Below, piece by piece: positions 1-9,293 of a DNA stretch of 32,468 nucleotides. How positions within the stretch are numbered: the stretch's first letter is position 1; the number at the start of each line of letters is the position of its first letter. Source of the DNA: Bacteroidota bacterium (GTDB lineage Bacteria > Bacteroidota > Ignavibacteria > Ignavibacteriales > Melioribacteraceae). The stretch covers positions 1-32,468 of the forward strand of contig JAJYMU010000351.1 in NCBI GenBank assembly GCA_021786655.1. The letters are read 5' to 3'. A program made the position numbers and the translations under genes. The notes under the pieces were generated by a model. It worked only from the letters and a program-made list of their open reading frames with translations. It did not search any database and was not told the origin of the DNA.

Positions 1-1349
1 CTTCGATCGTCTTCCTGATACCAGTTCTCAATATCTTTTGGCGGTTCAACTTCGCAGTAAACCTCGTGAGTTTTTGCATGATACCAAACTGGAATTCTGT
101 GACCCCACCACAATTGGCGCGAGATACACCAATCGCGGATGTTCGTCATCCAATTTTCATAAGTCTTAACCCAATGCTCGGGATGAAATTTTATTTTGCC
201 GTCTAGAATAACTTTGAGCGCCGGTTTGGCAAGTTCATCCATTTTCATGAACCATTGTTCGGAAAGATACGGCTCGATGGGAACGTTGCCCCGTTGAGAA
301 TAACCTACTTTGTTCACGTAGTTTTCAACTTTGTGAAGCAAGCCGAGTTCTTCAAGACGTTCAACAACTTTTTCACGCACGTCGTAACGATCGATTTCTT
401 GAAACTCCGGCGGAACGTTTCCGTTGGTGGTTGCGTCTTCGTTGAAGATGTTCACAATTTCCAATTTGTGACGGAGTCCCATGTCGTAGTCGTTGACGTC
501 ATGTGCCGGCGTTACTTTAACTGCGCCGGTTCCAAATTCTTTATCAACATATTCATCTGCGAACAAAGGAATTTCTCTGCCGACGATTGGGAGAATAATT
601 TTTTTGCCGATTAGATGTTTGTACCGCTCGTCATCGGGATTAACCGCAACGCCGGTATCGCCGAGCATAGTCTCCGGTCGCGTGGTTGCAACAATCACAA
701 ACTCGCCGGAATCTTTAACGGGATATTTCAAAAACCAAAGCCTGCCTTGAACTTCTTTGTAAAAAACTTCTTCATCAGAGATTGCCGATTTTGATGCGGG
801 GTCCCAGTTAACCATTCTGTATCCGCGGTAGATCAATCCTTCTTTGTATAATGCAACGAAAGCTTCTATAACTCTTTTGTAGTATGAAACGTCCATCGTG
901 AAGCGTTCGCGCTGCCAGTCGCAGCTAATGCCAAGCTTTTTCAATTGTTGAAAAATTATTCCGCCGTATTTTTCTTTCCAATCGTAACAGTGTCTAAAAA
1001 ACTCTTCGCGGGAAATATTGTCTTTGCTGATACCTTGCGCTTTAAGCATCGCAACAACTTTTGCTTCGGTAGCAATCGATGCATGATCGATTCCCGGAAC
1101 CCAGCATGCATTGAAACCCTTCATTCGTTTATAACGAATGTAAATATCCTGCAGCGTATTGTTGAGAATGTGGCCGATGTGAAGTATGCCGGTTATGTTC
1201 GGCGGGGGAATAACAATGGTGTACGGAGTTTTGCTTTCGTCAACTTCCGAGTGATAAAGATTATGATCGTACCAATACTTGTACCATTTGTCTTCGACAT
1301 TTTTTGGATTATACGCTTTCGGAATATCTGCAAGGTTTTTGGGGTGCAT
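1..1349 (-). CDS. valS: valine--tRNA ligase, N-terminal about 449 codons (3' end lies beyond the window start)
   Basis: Absent from the ORF track because it runs off the edge. Manual minus-strand translation from ATG at 1349 gives MHPKNLADIPKAYNPKNVEDKWYKYWYDHNLY...YTIVIPPPNITGILHIGHILNNTLQD...NACWVPGIDHASIATE...TRPETMLGDTGVAVNPDDERY...WCISRQLWWGHRIPVWY. It has the class-I HIGH motif and ValRS-typical blocks, and the frame stays open to base 1. Confidence 0.9.
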   Translation of the reverse strand, partial: MHPKNLADIPKAYNPKNVEDKWYKYWYDHNLYHSEVDESKTPYTIVIPPPNITGILHIGHILNNTLQDIYIRYKRMKGFNACWVPGIDHASIATEAKVVAMLKAQGISKDNISREEFFRHCYDWKEKYGGIIFQQLKKLGISCDWQRERFTMDVSYYKRVIEAFVALYKEGLIYRGYRMVNWDPASKSAISDEEVFYKEVQGRLWFLKYPVKDSGEFVIVATTRPETMLGDTGVAVNPDDERYKHLIGKKIILPIVGREIPLFADEYVDKEFGTGAVKVTPAHDVNDYDMGLRHKLEIVNIFNEDATTNGNVPPEFQEIDRYDVREKVVERLEELGLLHKVENYVNKVGYSQRGNVPIEPYLSEQWFMKMDELAKPALKVILDGKIKFHPEHWVKTYENWMTNIRDWCISRQLWWGHRIPVWYHAKTHEVYCEVEPPKDIENWYQEDDR

Positions 1350-1461
1350 CAACAACTCTGAGTTTTGTAATAATTGAGGACAAATATAAATAATTCTTAA
1401 TGGGTTTGCGCCTAAAGATCAGCCAATAATTTTACTTGCGCATACTTCGGGTGAATTTAAT

Positions 1462-1668
1462 TTAATATGCTTCTTTTCCCATGTCGATAGATAGAAGGAA
1501 AACAATTTTTTTCTCGTTGTCGATTATATAAAACACTCTGTATTTACCAATTCTGTAATGCCACGTCTCTGGTTTGTAATCAACCAGCTTTCTGAAAATC
1601 TTATAATTGAAATACAGATGAAACAGAAAGCCGCGATCAGTTAAGTTAACCGCGGCTTCCGAAGGAAA
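1462..1668 (-). pseudogene. RelE/ParE-family toxin remnant (C-terminal half only, no start codon, no antitoxin)
   Basis: The minus frame is open from 1668 to 1465 with TAA at 1462-1464. It reads ...FRKLVDYKPETWHYRIGKYRVFYIIDNEKKIVFLLSIDMGKEAY*, resembling the conserved RelE/ParE C-terminus (..YRxRxGxYRxxYxIdxxxxxIxxLxI...). The open frame has no usable upstream start codon (the only ATG/GTG/TTG codons lie within the C-terminal part), and the N-terminal half is missing. Confidence 0.55.
1616..1658 (-). terminator. putative intrinsic terminator of the metalloprotease gene
   Basis: An 8-bp GC-rich stem, AAGCCGCG (1628-1635) paired with CGCGGCTT (1651-1658), has a 15-nt loop. On the minus strand it is followed by TCTGTTTCATCTGTATTT. 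It sits 28 nt downstream of the stop at 1686. Confidence 0.5.
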
Positions 1669-1685
1669 TTATCCAGCGTTATCGT

Positions 1686-3860
1686 CTACTTAATCAGCAG
1701 CATCTTCTTTGTAATAGAACTACTACCATTAGTTAAGTTATAAAAATAAATTCCGCTCGGGAGATTAGACGCATTAAAACTAATTTCATATTTGCCCGTT
1801 TCATAAATTCCATCAGCAAGAATAGAGACTTCTCGACCAAGAACGTCAAACACACTTAGCTTGATTTGACTTTTATGCGGAACCGAAAAGCTAATTATTG
1901 TTGTTGGATTGAATGGGTTGGGATAATTTGAAACTAATGCTAAATCACGAATTACTTCATCACTCGACGAAGCTACTGCAAAATTTTGCGATTGAATACT
2001 CGGGAGAATCATAGTGCCACTCGTCTCAACTTGATCGCTAGGTACTGAAGATTTATTCGTATTATCAACAGTCGCAATATAATATTTAACCGACTTTGCC
2101 CATATTGGTTTTGTATAATCAACCGCATAATCGATAAAAGTATTAGTCGGATGAGAAATTGTGCCTGCCAAATCCCAACTAACAGAGTTATCATAATTAC
2201 GATACACTCTATAACTAGAAATATCGGATTCAGAATTCAAATCCCAAGCAAGCGATGGATGGTTGGGATCTGCACCAGTTAAATGTAAGTTTTGCGGCTT
2301 AGCCGGAGAAGCGTCTATCGAAGTATTAACATAAATGTTTAACGTAAACACGCCGTTACTAAAATTGGTTATCTCAAAACCAAATGGGGTAGTTTGACTA
2401 GCTGCTCTTTGACTATTCGGATTACTCCATGGTGAGAACACCTGGTTATAATTCACACGGAATGCATCCTTTCCATCACCTAGGAAACGTATATCCTGAA
2501 CAGGATATCCATATTGTTCTGTAAAATGAATAGGAGCCGGACTAGTTAAACCACCATAATTAAATGGTATAAATTGATCATCACTATAACCGTTATCTTT
2601 ATTCGGAACTAATTGTTTGAAAACAGGCAATTGCCCCGAACCCCATGGATTAGTTACTGATTGATTTACTTGCCAATTGTAACGACCATCGGCAGGGATA
2701 AGTTGTATCCAATTAACCGAAGGTGCTAGTTGATTCGGTGTGCCAACTTTTCTAATAACATATACGCCGGGTTCTACGCTACCGGCAAGCGTTCCCCAGA
2801 AGGGTGCGTTGTTTTCCCAGTAAGATGTTTTCTGATGGTTCTCAATATAAAAATATTCTTGTGATGAAGAGTTAATAACAAGTCTAAATGAGTTTCTTCC
2901 AGTTACAAAATCACTTAAAGTTCTTCCGGTAAGTGTCTGTGTTGTATTGTTAATCGTATAACTTGTCGAATCGGCGACCCAGCCAAGTCTATATCTTTCA
3001 AATGAATTTGCAACGTATGACCTTATTCCCCAAGCCGATAGCATTCCCCAAAAACCAAAGCCATTATGGAAATCATTATTTCCAATCAAGTAATGTGCAA
3101 ATTCATGTATTGAATTTCTGAAAGGGTCTTCCGTTAGATAGTTTCTCACACTTACACCGGAACCAAATGGTATTGAATTTTGTCCCCCGAACCATGTCGC
3201 TATTTTTCTTTGGTTATTGTCAACACTTATATCCCCAACATCTCCTAAATCTCCATAATTACTATAAAAACCTAAGTTGGTTAAGTCATTAGGATTGCTT
3301 CTATCTGCTGCAATATTTCTCCAAACAAAAATAATCATGTCAACGTAACTGTCGGGGACATTATTGTAAGTATAATCGCTAACATAATCCCAATTATCAA
3401 ATTCGGCAAAGTCCCATGTTGCATCTAGTTGTTGAATTATCTCTCTCTGAATGTTTCCCCTTCTGTTTGTAGTATAATTTGTCAAATACCAATCTCTAGT
3501 ATGCGGAGCGGTAGCATGTACAACTTTACCTGTAAAGTGTAGCTTATTGCCTGACATCTCGTTAAAATAATGGGTTAATGATCCTTGCGTTGGTGTTGCC
3601 GACCAGGTTTGGTCTACCCATCCGATCATATTTTGCGGTGCGTTTCCTTTTATCCATTTTGTGTTATTCATATCATAATTATCATCGGGAAACTCTGCAA
3701 AAATGATTAACACATTTAAATTGCCTTCCGAAGGAAGCCATCTGCCTCTTGATTGTGCAGCCACTTGCTGCACTGATGCAGTTATGCAACTATATTCCTG
3801 TGCATAAAGTTGAAGGGAAATAAGTAAAAAAATTATTCCAAAATATTTTAGAGTTTTCAT
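1686..3860 (-). CDS. secreted zinc metalloprotease (HExxH, M6/InhA-like) with an FN3-like segment and a T9SS C-terminal sorting domain
   Basis: The track ORF starts at TTG 3887. ATG at 3860 gives the signal peptide MKTLKYFGIIFLLISLQLYAQ. Motifs: HEFAHY zinc site, LNVLIIFAEFPDD N-terminal block, PAKPQNLHL...YRVYRN (FN3-like), and the C-terminus NYPNPFNPTTIISFSVP...GIYFYNL...KKMLLIK (Por/T9SS CTD). Confidence 0.8.
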   Translation of the reverse strand: MKTLKYFGIIFLLISLQLYAQEYSCITASVQQVAAQSRGRWLPSEGNLNVLIIFAEFPDDNYDMNNTKWIKGNAPQNMIGWVDQTWSATPTQGSLTHYFNEMSGNKLHFTGKVVHATAPHTRDWYLTNYTTNRRGNIQREIIQQLDATWDFAEFDNWDYVSDYTYNNVPDSYVDMIIFVWRNIAADRSNPNDLTNLGFYSNYGDLGDVGDISVDNNQRKIATWFGGQNSIPFGSGVSVRNYLTEDPFRNSIHEFAHYLIGNNDFHNGFGFWGMLSAWGIRSYVANSFERYRLGWVADSTSYTINNTTQTLTGRTLSDFVTGRNSFRLVINSSSQEYFYIENHQKTSYWENNAPFWGTLAGSVEPGVYVIRKVGTPNQLAPSVNWIQLIPADGRYNWQVNQSVTNPWGSGQLPVFKQLVPNKDNGYSDDQFIPFNYGGLTSPAPIHFTEQYGYPVQDIRFLGDGKDAFRVNYNQVFSPWSNPNSQRAASQTTPFGFEITNFSNGVFTLNIYVNTSIDASPAKPQNLHLTGADPNHPSLAWDLNSESDISSYRVYRNYDNSVSWDLAGTISHPTNTFIDYAVDYTKPIWAKSVKYYIATVDNTNKSSVPSDQVETSGTMILPSIQSQNFAVASSSDEVIRDLALVSNYPNPFNPTTIISFSVPHKSQIKLSVFDVLGREVSILADGIYETGKYEISFNASNLPSGIYFYNLTNGSSSITKKMLLIK

Positions 3861-3908
3861 TTGTCGCCCCGTTTTTTTGTTTGACAATATTTATTGAAAT
3901 TATGTACG

Positions 3909-4802
3909 CTACTTTTGTAAAACTAGTTTCATTGTTTTTGTTGTTTTGCTTGTAATTAGCTGATAGAAATAGATGCCGCTTGCCAGCCCACCTCCATCAA
4001 ATTTTACTTCATATTTGCCGGCTTGCTTTTCTTCGTTAACAAGTGTTGCAATTTCTCTTCCAAGCATATCTAGTACTCTTAGTGTAACATGCCCTGTAAC
4101 CGACAACTGATAACCGATAACCGTAGTGGGATTGAAAGGATTGGGGTAGTTCTGGTATAGAACAAATTCAGAAGGAAGGTTTGGAGGTTCTTCTTCAACA
4201 TCTACCGTTCCGTAAGTTACCTTATTTATTCTGCAACCTCTCAACAAATAGGGCTGCAATACATAATTCTCTTTTGAAATGAGTCCAAAACCATAAGCTA
4301 ATTTTTGTACGTCTATTAAAGTAGTATCTATAAGAGAATCGGGTCTCCTCCGACATTGATAATGTTGAATTTCCTTTATTGTTGTTAATTTGCCAAAGAC
4401 AAAACTTTGATAGATACCACTTACTCTAGATTCTTCCCATTTGTTTGAATCGCTTACAAAGACTACCCACTTTCCGCCTACCTGCGCATCCAGTTTATAT
4501 TCATGTAAATTATCGAACTGCGGTAAATAAAAAATATTATAGTTTTTATCTATTCGATAATCTGCACCATAATACAAGGGGGGGGCATAAAAGAACACAA
4601 ATCTACTGCTATCTTTCACATCTATTGAATCTCGTATAACAGTGTAGACAACGTCGGGTCCCGCCCAAGTATATTCCCACCTATCACCAATATTAGTTGG
4701 GAAGAACTGGTAAGGATCGAGATTCTGCCCTTGAGAGTAGGAGAAAGAACTTATCAACAGTACCAACGTCCATGCTGCAACCTTTGTTCTATTTTTTCTC
4801 AT
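3909..4802 (-). CDS. T9SS-sorted secreted protein of unknown function, paralog A
   Basis: 297-aa ORF with signal peptide (..LVLLISSFSYSQGQ), an unknown roughly 190-aa core, and the T9SS CTD NYPNPFNPTTVIGYQL...GIYFYQL...MKLVLQK. SD AGGTGA lies upstream of the ATG. Confidence 0.85.
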   Translation of the reverse strand: MRKNRTKVAAWTLVLLISSFSYSQGQNLDPYQFFPTNIGDRWEYTWAGPDVVYTVIRDSIDVKDSSRFVFFYAPPLYYGADYRIDKNYNIFYLPQFDNLHEYKLDAQVGGKWVVFVSDSNKWEESRVSGIYQSFVFGKLTTIKEIQHYQCRRRPDSLIDTTLIDVQKLAYGFGLISKENYVLQPYLLRGCRINKVTYGTVDVEEEPPNLPSEFVLYQNYPNPFNPTTVIGYQLSVTGHVTLRVLDMLGREIATLVNEEKQAGKYEVKFDGGGLASGIYFYQLITSKTTKTMKLVLQK

Positions 4803-4940
4803 AACATCACCTTTCTTTTTTTTTCATTTCTGTACTCACTTTTATTCAAAAGTGGAAATCCCCTCTAAGTTTAGGTTATACAGAATTAAATATTCATAAT
4901 TTTTTCCCCTATTCTGTTAGTGATTTTATTTTCACCTGAC

Positions 4941-5831
4941 TTACTTCTGTAAAATCATTTTCAGTGTTCTTGTTGTTTTGTTTGTAACAATCTGATAGAG
5001 ATAAACTCCGCTTGTAAGATTATTGGCGTTGAATTTAACTGAGTGTTTCCCGGGATAGAAATAATCATTTACTATTTCTTGAATCTCTCGCCCGAGAATG
5101 TCAAATACTTTGACAACCACTCGAGAATAATTTGGTATTGAGAAGGATATTGTAGTTGATGGATTAAACGGATTAGGATAGTTTTGGTAAAGAATATATT
5201 CTGAAGGAATAATATTAGGTTCTTCTTCAACATCTACCGTTCCGTAAGTTACCCCATTTATTCTGCAACCTCTCAACAAATAAGGCTGTAATACATAATT
5301 CTCTTTTGAAATGAGTCCAAAACCATAAGCTAATTTTTGTACGTCTATTAAAGTAGTATCTATAAGAGAATCGGGTCTTCTCCAACATTGATAATGTTGA
5401 ATTTCCTTTATTGTTGTTAACTTACCAAAGACAAAGTTTTCATAAATACCGCTTACTTTAGATTCTTCCCATTTGTTTGGATTGCTTACAAAAACTATCC
5501 ATTTTTCGCCTACATGCGCATCCAATTTGTATTCATGTAGATTATCGAACTGCGGTAAATAAAAAATATTATAGTTCTTATCTATTCGATAATTTGCACC
5601 ATAATACAAGGGAGGGTCATAAAAGAACACAAATCTACTGCTGTCTTTCGTATCTACTGAATCTCTTAACACTGTGTAAATAATATCCGGCCCGGCTTGT
5701 GTATATTCCCACCTATCCCCAATATTAGTTGGGAAGAACTGGTAGGGATCAACATTTTGAGAATGGATAAAAGATGAAGAAACCAATAAGATCCCAATTA
5801 TATTCCTCATAATATTATTTTTTGTTTTCAT
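4941..5831 (-). CDS. T9SS-sorted secreted protein of unknown function, paralog B
   Basis: 296-aa ORF with a signal peptide, a core nearly identical to paralog A, and a divergent T9SS CTD NYPNPFNPSTTISFSIP...GVYLYQI...LKMILQK. Confidence 0.85.
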   Translation of the reverse strand: MKTKNNIMRNIIGILLVSSSFIHSQNVDPYQFFPTNIGDRWEYTQAGPDIIYTVLRDSVDTKDSSRFVFFYDPPLYYGANYRIDKNYNIFYLPQFDNLHEYKLDAHVGEKWIVFVSNPNKWEESKVSGIYENFVFGKLTTIKEIQHYQCWRRPDSLIDTTLIDVQKLAYGFGLISKENYVLQPYLLRGCRINGVTYGTVDVEEEPNIIPSEYILYQNYPNPFNPSTTISFSIPNYSRVVVKVFDILGREIQEIVNDYFYPGKHSVKFNANNLTSGVYLYQIVTNKTTRTLKMILQK

Positions 5832-6113
5832 TATTTTTTCTCGCTAATAACTAGAGTTCCTTTCGTTATACATCTAAGTCCCGATAGCCGCTTAGACTAT
5901 ACTTCTTCTCTTCCTTATCAATAACCAGGAAGGTTTAGATAAAACGTATATAAACTATTTTGCTATGTCATGATTCCCCCTAACTGATTAATTGAAGTCG
6001 TTAAGATCGGAGTGCTGCTTTACTGTAAGTTGCATCTCAGAAGCCCCAATGTTAATTCTGTAAATAACGTAATAAAATTTTTATTAAAAGCAAATGATAA
6101 TGCGACAAGCGAT

Positions 6114-6147
6114 AAAAAAACGCCCCACTGAGAATAACAATGAGGCG
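6114..6147 (-). terminator. intrinsic terminator of the M16C peptidase gene
   Basis: On the minus strand, CGCCTCA (loop) TGGGGCG forms a 7-bp stem including one G-U pair, followed by TTTTTTT (A-run 6114-6120 on the plus strand). It lies about 30 nt after the stop at 6178. Confidence 0.6.
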
Positions 6148-6177
6148 GTTAAATATTGAGAAACAGATTCTTGTTTC

Positions 6178-9165
6178 TTATTTGCTTATCGGTTCAAGTG
6201 CGCCGAAGATATCTTTCGCGGATTTCAGTTTCTCTTCGTTACCGTAAACGCAGAATGTTTTTTGATTAAGCACGTCCGCAACCATTTTCTTGAATGACTT
6301 GACATCCTGAACGGTTACACTCAAAACGGCATCGCGGTCACGCTGAATATCTTCCGGTTTTGTTTTTTCCAGATAGTATCGAACCGCAACGTTACCTTTT
6401 TGCGACGGAGTTAACGGACTATCTAAATTCGAAATCGTTCCGATAATGTAACGCGTCATTTCTTTGTCATCCACTTCAAGCTTGTCAATATAGTCCGGAA
6501 TCGCATCATAGTTTGCCAAAGTTTCTTTCAGATTCGGATCGCGGTATGAACTGAAATAAACTGTGCCCGATGGAGAGAAAGTGCTGAATCCGCCATACGC
6601 GCCGCCGATAACTCTGATTCTGTTCTGCAGCCAGTCGGTTGATAAAATTTGACTGAGCACGTACATTTTTCCGTCCCAACTGTAACCGAGTTTCTTGAAA
6701 TCGTAACCTTGAATTACATACTGAACTTTGGATGCAGCCAAAAATCCTTCATCCTTTTTCTCCAAGTTGAATTTCCATGTTTGGTATTCAACCGGTTGAA
6801 CAAGAATTGTTTCGGCATATCGTGCGAACTCCTGCAGGAAAACCGGGTAGTCGTCGCCGTTGCAAGTTACCGACGCAGCCAAATTGTTTTTGTTTAAAAG
6901 CAGAGAGGCCGCTTTCTTTAGATTGTCAACAATCTCTTTCGATTTTGCGTCAAAGTTTTTTGCAAGATCGGAAACGAACCAATAGTATTCGAATCCGCCG
7001 GTGAGTTCGTTAAACATTCCGGTATTTTCAAAGTAAGACGCAAGACGTGTTCTTGTAAATCCAAAACCGTTTTGCTTTACTTGCGAATCCAATCGTGCTT
7101 GAAGGCGCGTGATGATTGCTTTCAACCGGTCAACGTCTTCATATTTTGTATGATTAAGGATTTCACTTGTCAGCTCAAATAGTTTATTCAGTTTTGTGTT
7201 CATCACTTTGGAATTCACAACAAATTTCGGCAGCATTTCAGTATCATTTTGATTTTCCATGTATGCGTTCAGAAACGAACTGAATCCGCCGGTGTAAATA
7301 TTAAGCGCGTTATCAAGATCGCCGAAAGAATAATTGAGCGTGTTCTGGCTTCCCAATACTTCGGTTAAAAGTTCCGCGTACGGAATTAATTCAACCGGCA
7401 GCACGCGCGCATCAAACATCAATCGCACATAAACAACATTGTTGGTAAAATCTTCATAGTGCAAAACCGGAACATCAGCAGCCTTGAAAGGCTTCACATG
7501 ATAAAACTCGGCTTTCGGATTAATATCTTTTCTCTCGAGAAGCGGAATAGCGGCAAGCGCTTCCGGTGTGTCTTCCCGTTTTTGATAAGCGATTAAATCT
7601 TCAGTACCCTTTACCAAATCTTCTTTCTCATTTTTCGAAAGAGAGCTTTCATATGTCTGTAATTCTTTTTCCATCTTCTCTGTATTCTCTTTTTCCAAGC
7701 CGGGCTTTGGCGTTAATACAAGAAGGAGAGAATGGGGATTGTTGATGATATATTCCTGAACAATTGTTTCAAGATAATTCGTATCAAGCGCGGTCTTTAC
7801 TTTTACCAGCGGTTTTTCCCATTCGAGAGTTAAATATGGATCGTTTGCAAAAAACCACCCGGGAAGAATTTGAAAATTGTATGTAATTCCTTTTTGTGCA
7901 TCGTTGCCTTCACGCAACTGAAACTCTGTTCTGTTAATCGTTCCTTCAACCGCTTTTTTATCAAATCCGTTTTTAGCAACATCGCGCAACGTATTCATCA
8001 CTATCGAGTGAAATTTTTCTTTGTCGGTAGGATTTGCATTTTGAACTATGACTTGAAAAACGTTCTGATGAAGTTCATCAACAGAAGCATGAACTTCCTT
8101 TCCGATCCCCGCATTTTGTAATGCGAGACGAACCGGACCCGCTTCTTGATTGACCAAAACATCTGCCAAGATATTCAGCGCCATTGTCGTTGCTCTGTCT
8201 GTGTTAAGACCGGCAACAAAATCCAACGAGAGATACGTTTGATCTTTTGTTTCACTTCCTTCCGTTACCGGGTAAGAGGCAGTAATCTCTTTTATTTTTT
8301 TGAACGGCTTCTCGAGAGGAAAATTTTCCGGCTGCGTCGCTTTATCGTACTTCGACAAATATTCCGCATCGATAAACGTCAGTTCCTTATCAAGATCGCC
8401 GTTGCCGTAAAGCATGATATAACTGTTTGAAGGATGATAGTACCGTTTGTGAAAATCTAGAAACATATTGTAAGTCAACTTCGGAATTGAGGACGGATAT
8501 CCGCCGGATGAAAATCTGTAACCGTTATCGGGAAACAAATTCTTGTTAACTTGATAAGCAAGTTCTCGCGTTGGACTTGAAAAAGCTCCTTTCATTTCAT
8601 TGTAAACCACACCTTTGTAAGAAATCGGACCGTCGTTTTTTTCCAATTCATAATGCCAGCCCTCTTGTTTCAGAATTCGCGGATCGTTGTAAATCAGCGG
8701 ATTGAAAACGGCATCGAGGTAAACATGCATAAGGTTGAAATAATCTTTGTCGTTCATGCTTGCGAAAGGATAGCATGTCATATCGTCGCCGGTAAACGCG
8801 TTAAGGAAAGTACTGAGCGAACCCTTCATTAAAACATCGAACGGACTCTTCACCGGAAAATTTTTTGATCCGTTCAGAACGGAATGTTCCATAATGTGCG
8901 GCGTTCCGCAGTCGGATTCCGGATCGGTCTTGAACGCAATACTGAAGGTTTTGTTCGGATCGGTTGCGGTAATTTTAAATAACCGCGCACCGCTTTTAAC
9001 GTGTTCGAAGTACAAACATTCCGCATTTACTTCTTTAACAAAACGTTTTTCGAGCAGCTTGAATCCATGATAAGTCTCGCTGACTTTGTAATCTCCGGCG
9101 GATGATGATGAATAAGTAATCAGCATAATTAAAACCAGTCCTAGAATTGTTCGTAATAAATTCAT
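6178..9165 (-). CDS. M16C (insulinase/PreP-like) zinc peptidase with signal peptide
   Basis: HIMEHSVLNGS carries the inverted HxxEH zinc motif. Its length of about 1000 aa is typical of PreP/M16C enzymes. The track start at 9180 is TTG, whereas ATG at 9165 (MNLLRTILGLVLIMLI...) is preceded by GGAGGA at 9172-9177. Confidence 0.85.
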   Translation of the reverse strand: MNLLRTILGLVLIMLITYSSSSAGDYKVSETYHGFKLLEKRFVKEVNAECLYFEHVKSGARLFKITATDPNKTFSIAFKTDPESDCGTPHIMEHSVLNGSKNFPVKSPFDVLMKGSLSTFLNAFTGDDMTCYPFASMNDKDYFNLMHVYLDAVFNPLIYNDPRILKQEGWHYELEKNDGPISYKGVVYNEMKGAFSSPTRELAYQVNKNLFPDNGYRFSSGGYPSSIPKLTYNMFLDFHKRYYHPSNSYIMLYGNGDLDKELTFIDAEYLSKYDKATQPENFPLEKPFKKIKEITASYPVTEGSETKDQTYLSLDFVAGLNTDRATTMALNILADVLVNQEAGPVRLALQNAGIGKEVHASVDELHQNVFQVIVQNANPTDKEKFHSIVMNTLRDVAKNGFDKKAVEGTINRTEFQLREGNDAQKGITYNFQILPGWFFANDPYLTLEWEKPLVKVKTALDTNYLETIVQEYIINNPHSLLLVLTPKPGLEKENTEKMEKELQTYESSLSKNEKEDLVKGTEDLIAYQKREDTPEALAAIPLLERKDINPKAEFYHVKPFKAADVPVLHYEDFTNNVVYVRLMFDARVLPVELIPYAELLTEVLGSQNTLNYSFGDLDNALNIYTGGFSSFLNAYMENQNDTEMLPKFVVNSKVMNTKLNKLFELTSEILNHTKYEDVDRLKAIITRLQARLDSQVKQNGFGFTRTRLASYFENTGMFNELTGGFEYYWFVSDLAKNFDAKSKEIVDNLKKAASLLLNKNNLAASVTCNGDDYPVFLQEFARYAETILVQPVEYQTWKFNLEKKDEGFLAASKVQYVIQGYDFKKLGYSWDGKMYVLSQILSTDWLQNRIRVIGGAYGGFSTFSPSGTVYFSSYRDPNLKETLANYDAIPDYIDKLEVDDKEMTRYIIGTISNLDSPLTPSQKGNVAVRYYLEKTKPEDIQRDRDAVLSVTVQDVKSFKKMVADVLNQKTFCVYGNEEKLKSAKDIFGALEPISK

Positions 9166-9293
9166 TTTGATTTCCTCCAAATGTAAATAACTAATAGAAA
9201 TCGCCCAAATTTAGACGGCACGACGCGATTTATGTTAGAGACTACGTTAAGTACTAACGACGAAGAATCAAAAGAAAACCATTTACAAATAAA

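Larger units (their letters stand above)
3909..5831. repeat. tandem direct duplication with a 1032-bp period (two paralogous genes)
   Basis: Stop codons are at 3909 and 4941, an offset of 1032. An 89-nt perfect match links 4258-4346 to 5290-5378, and the surrounding core is highly similar by eye. Confidence 0.9.

Noticed and set aside
255-1361. Three plus-strand ORFs (255-614, 493-750, 945-1361) listed in the track
   Set aside because: They lie antisense to a clearly recognisable valS reading frame and have low-complexity, motif-free translations. They are shadow ORFs.
4445-5683. Two similar plus-strand ORFs (4445-4639 and 5477-5683) that look like a conserved small-protein pair
   Set aside because: They are similar only because both lie antisense within the duplicated core of the two T9SS paralogs. 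This is not independent evidence of coding.
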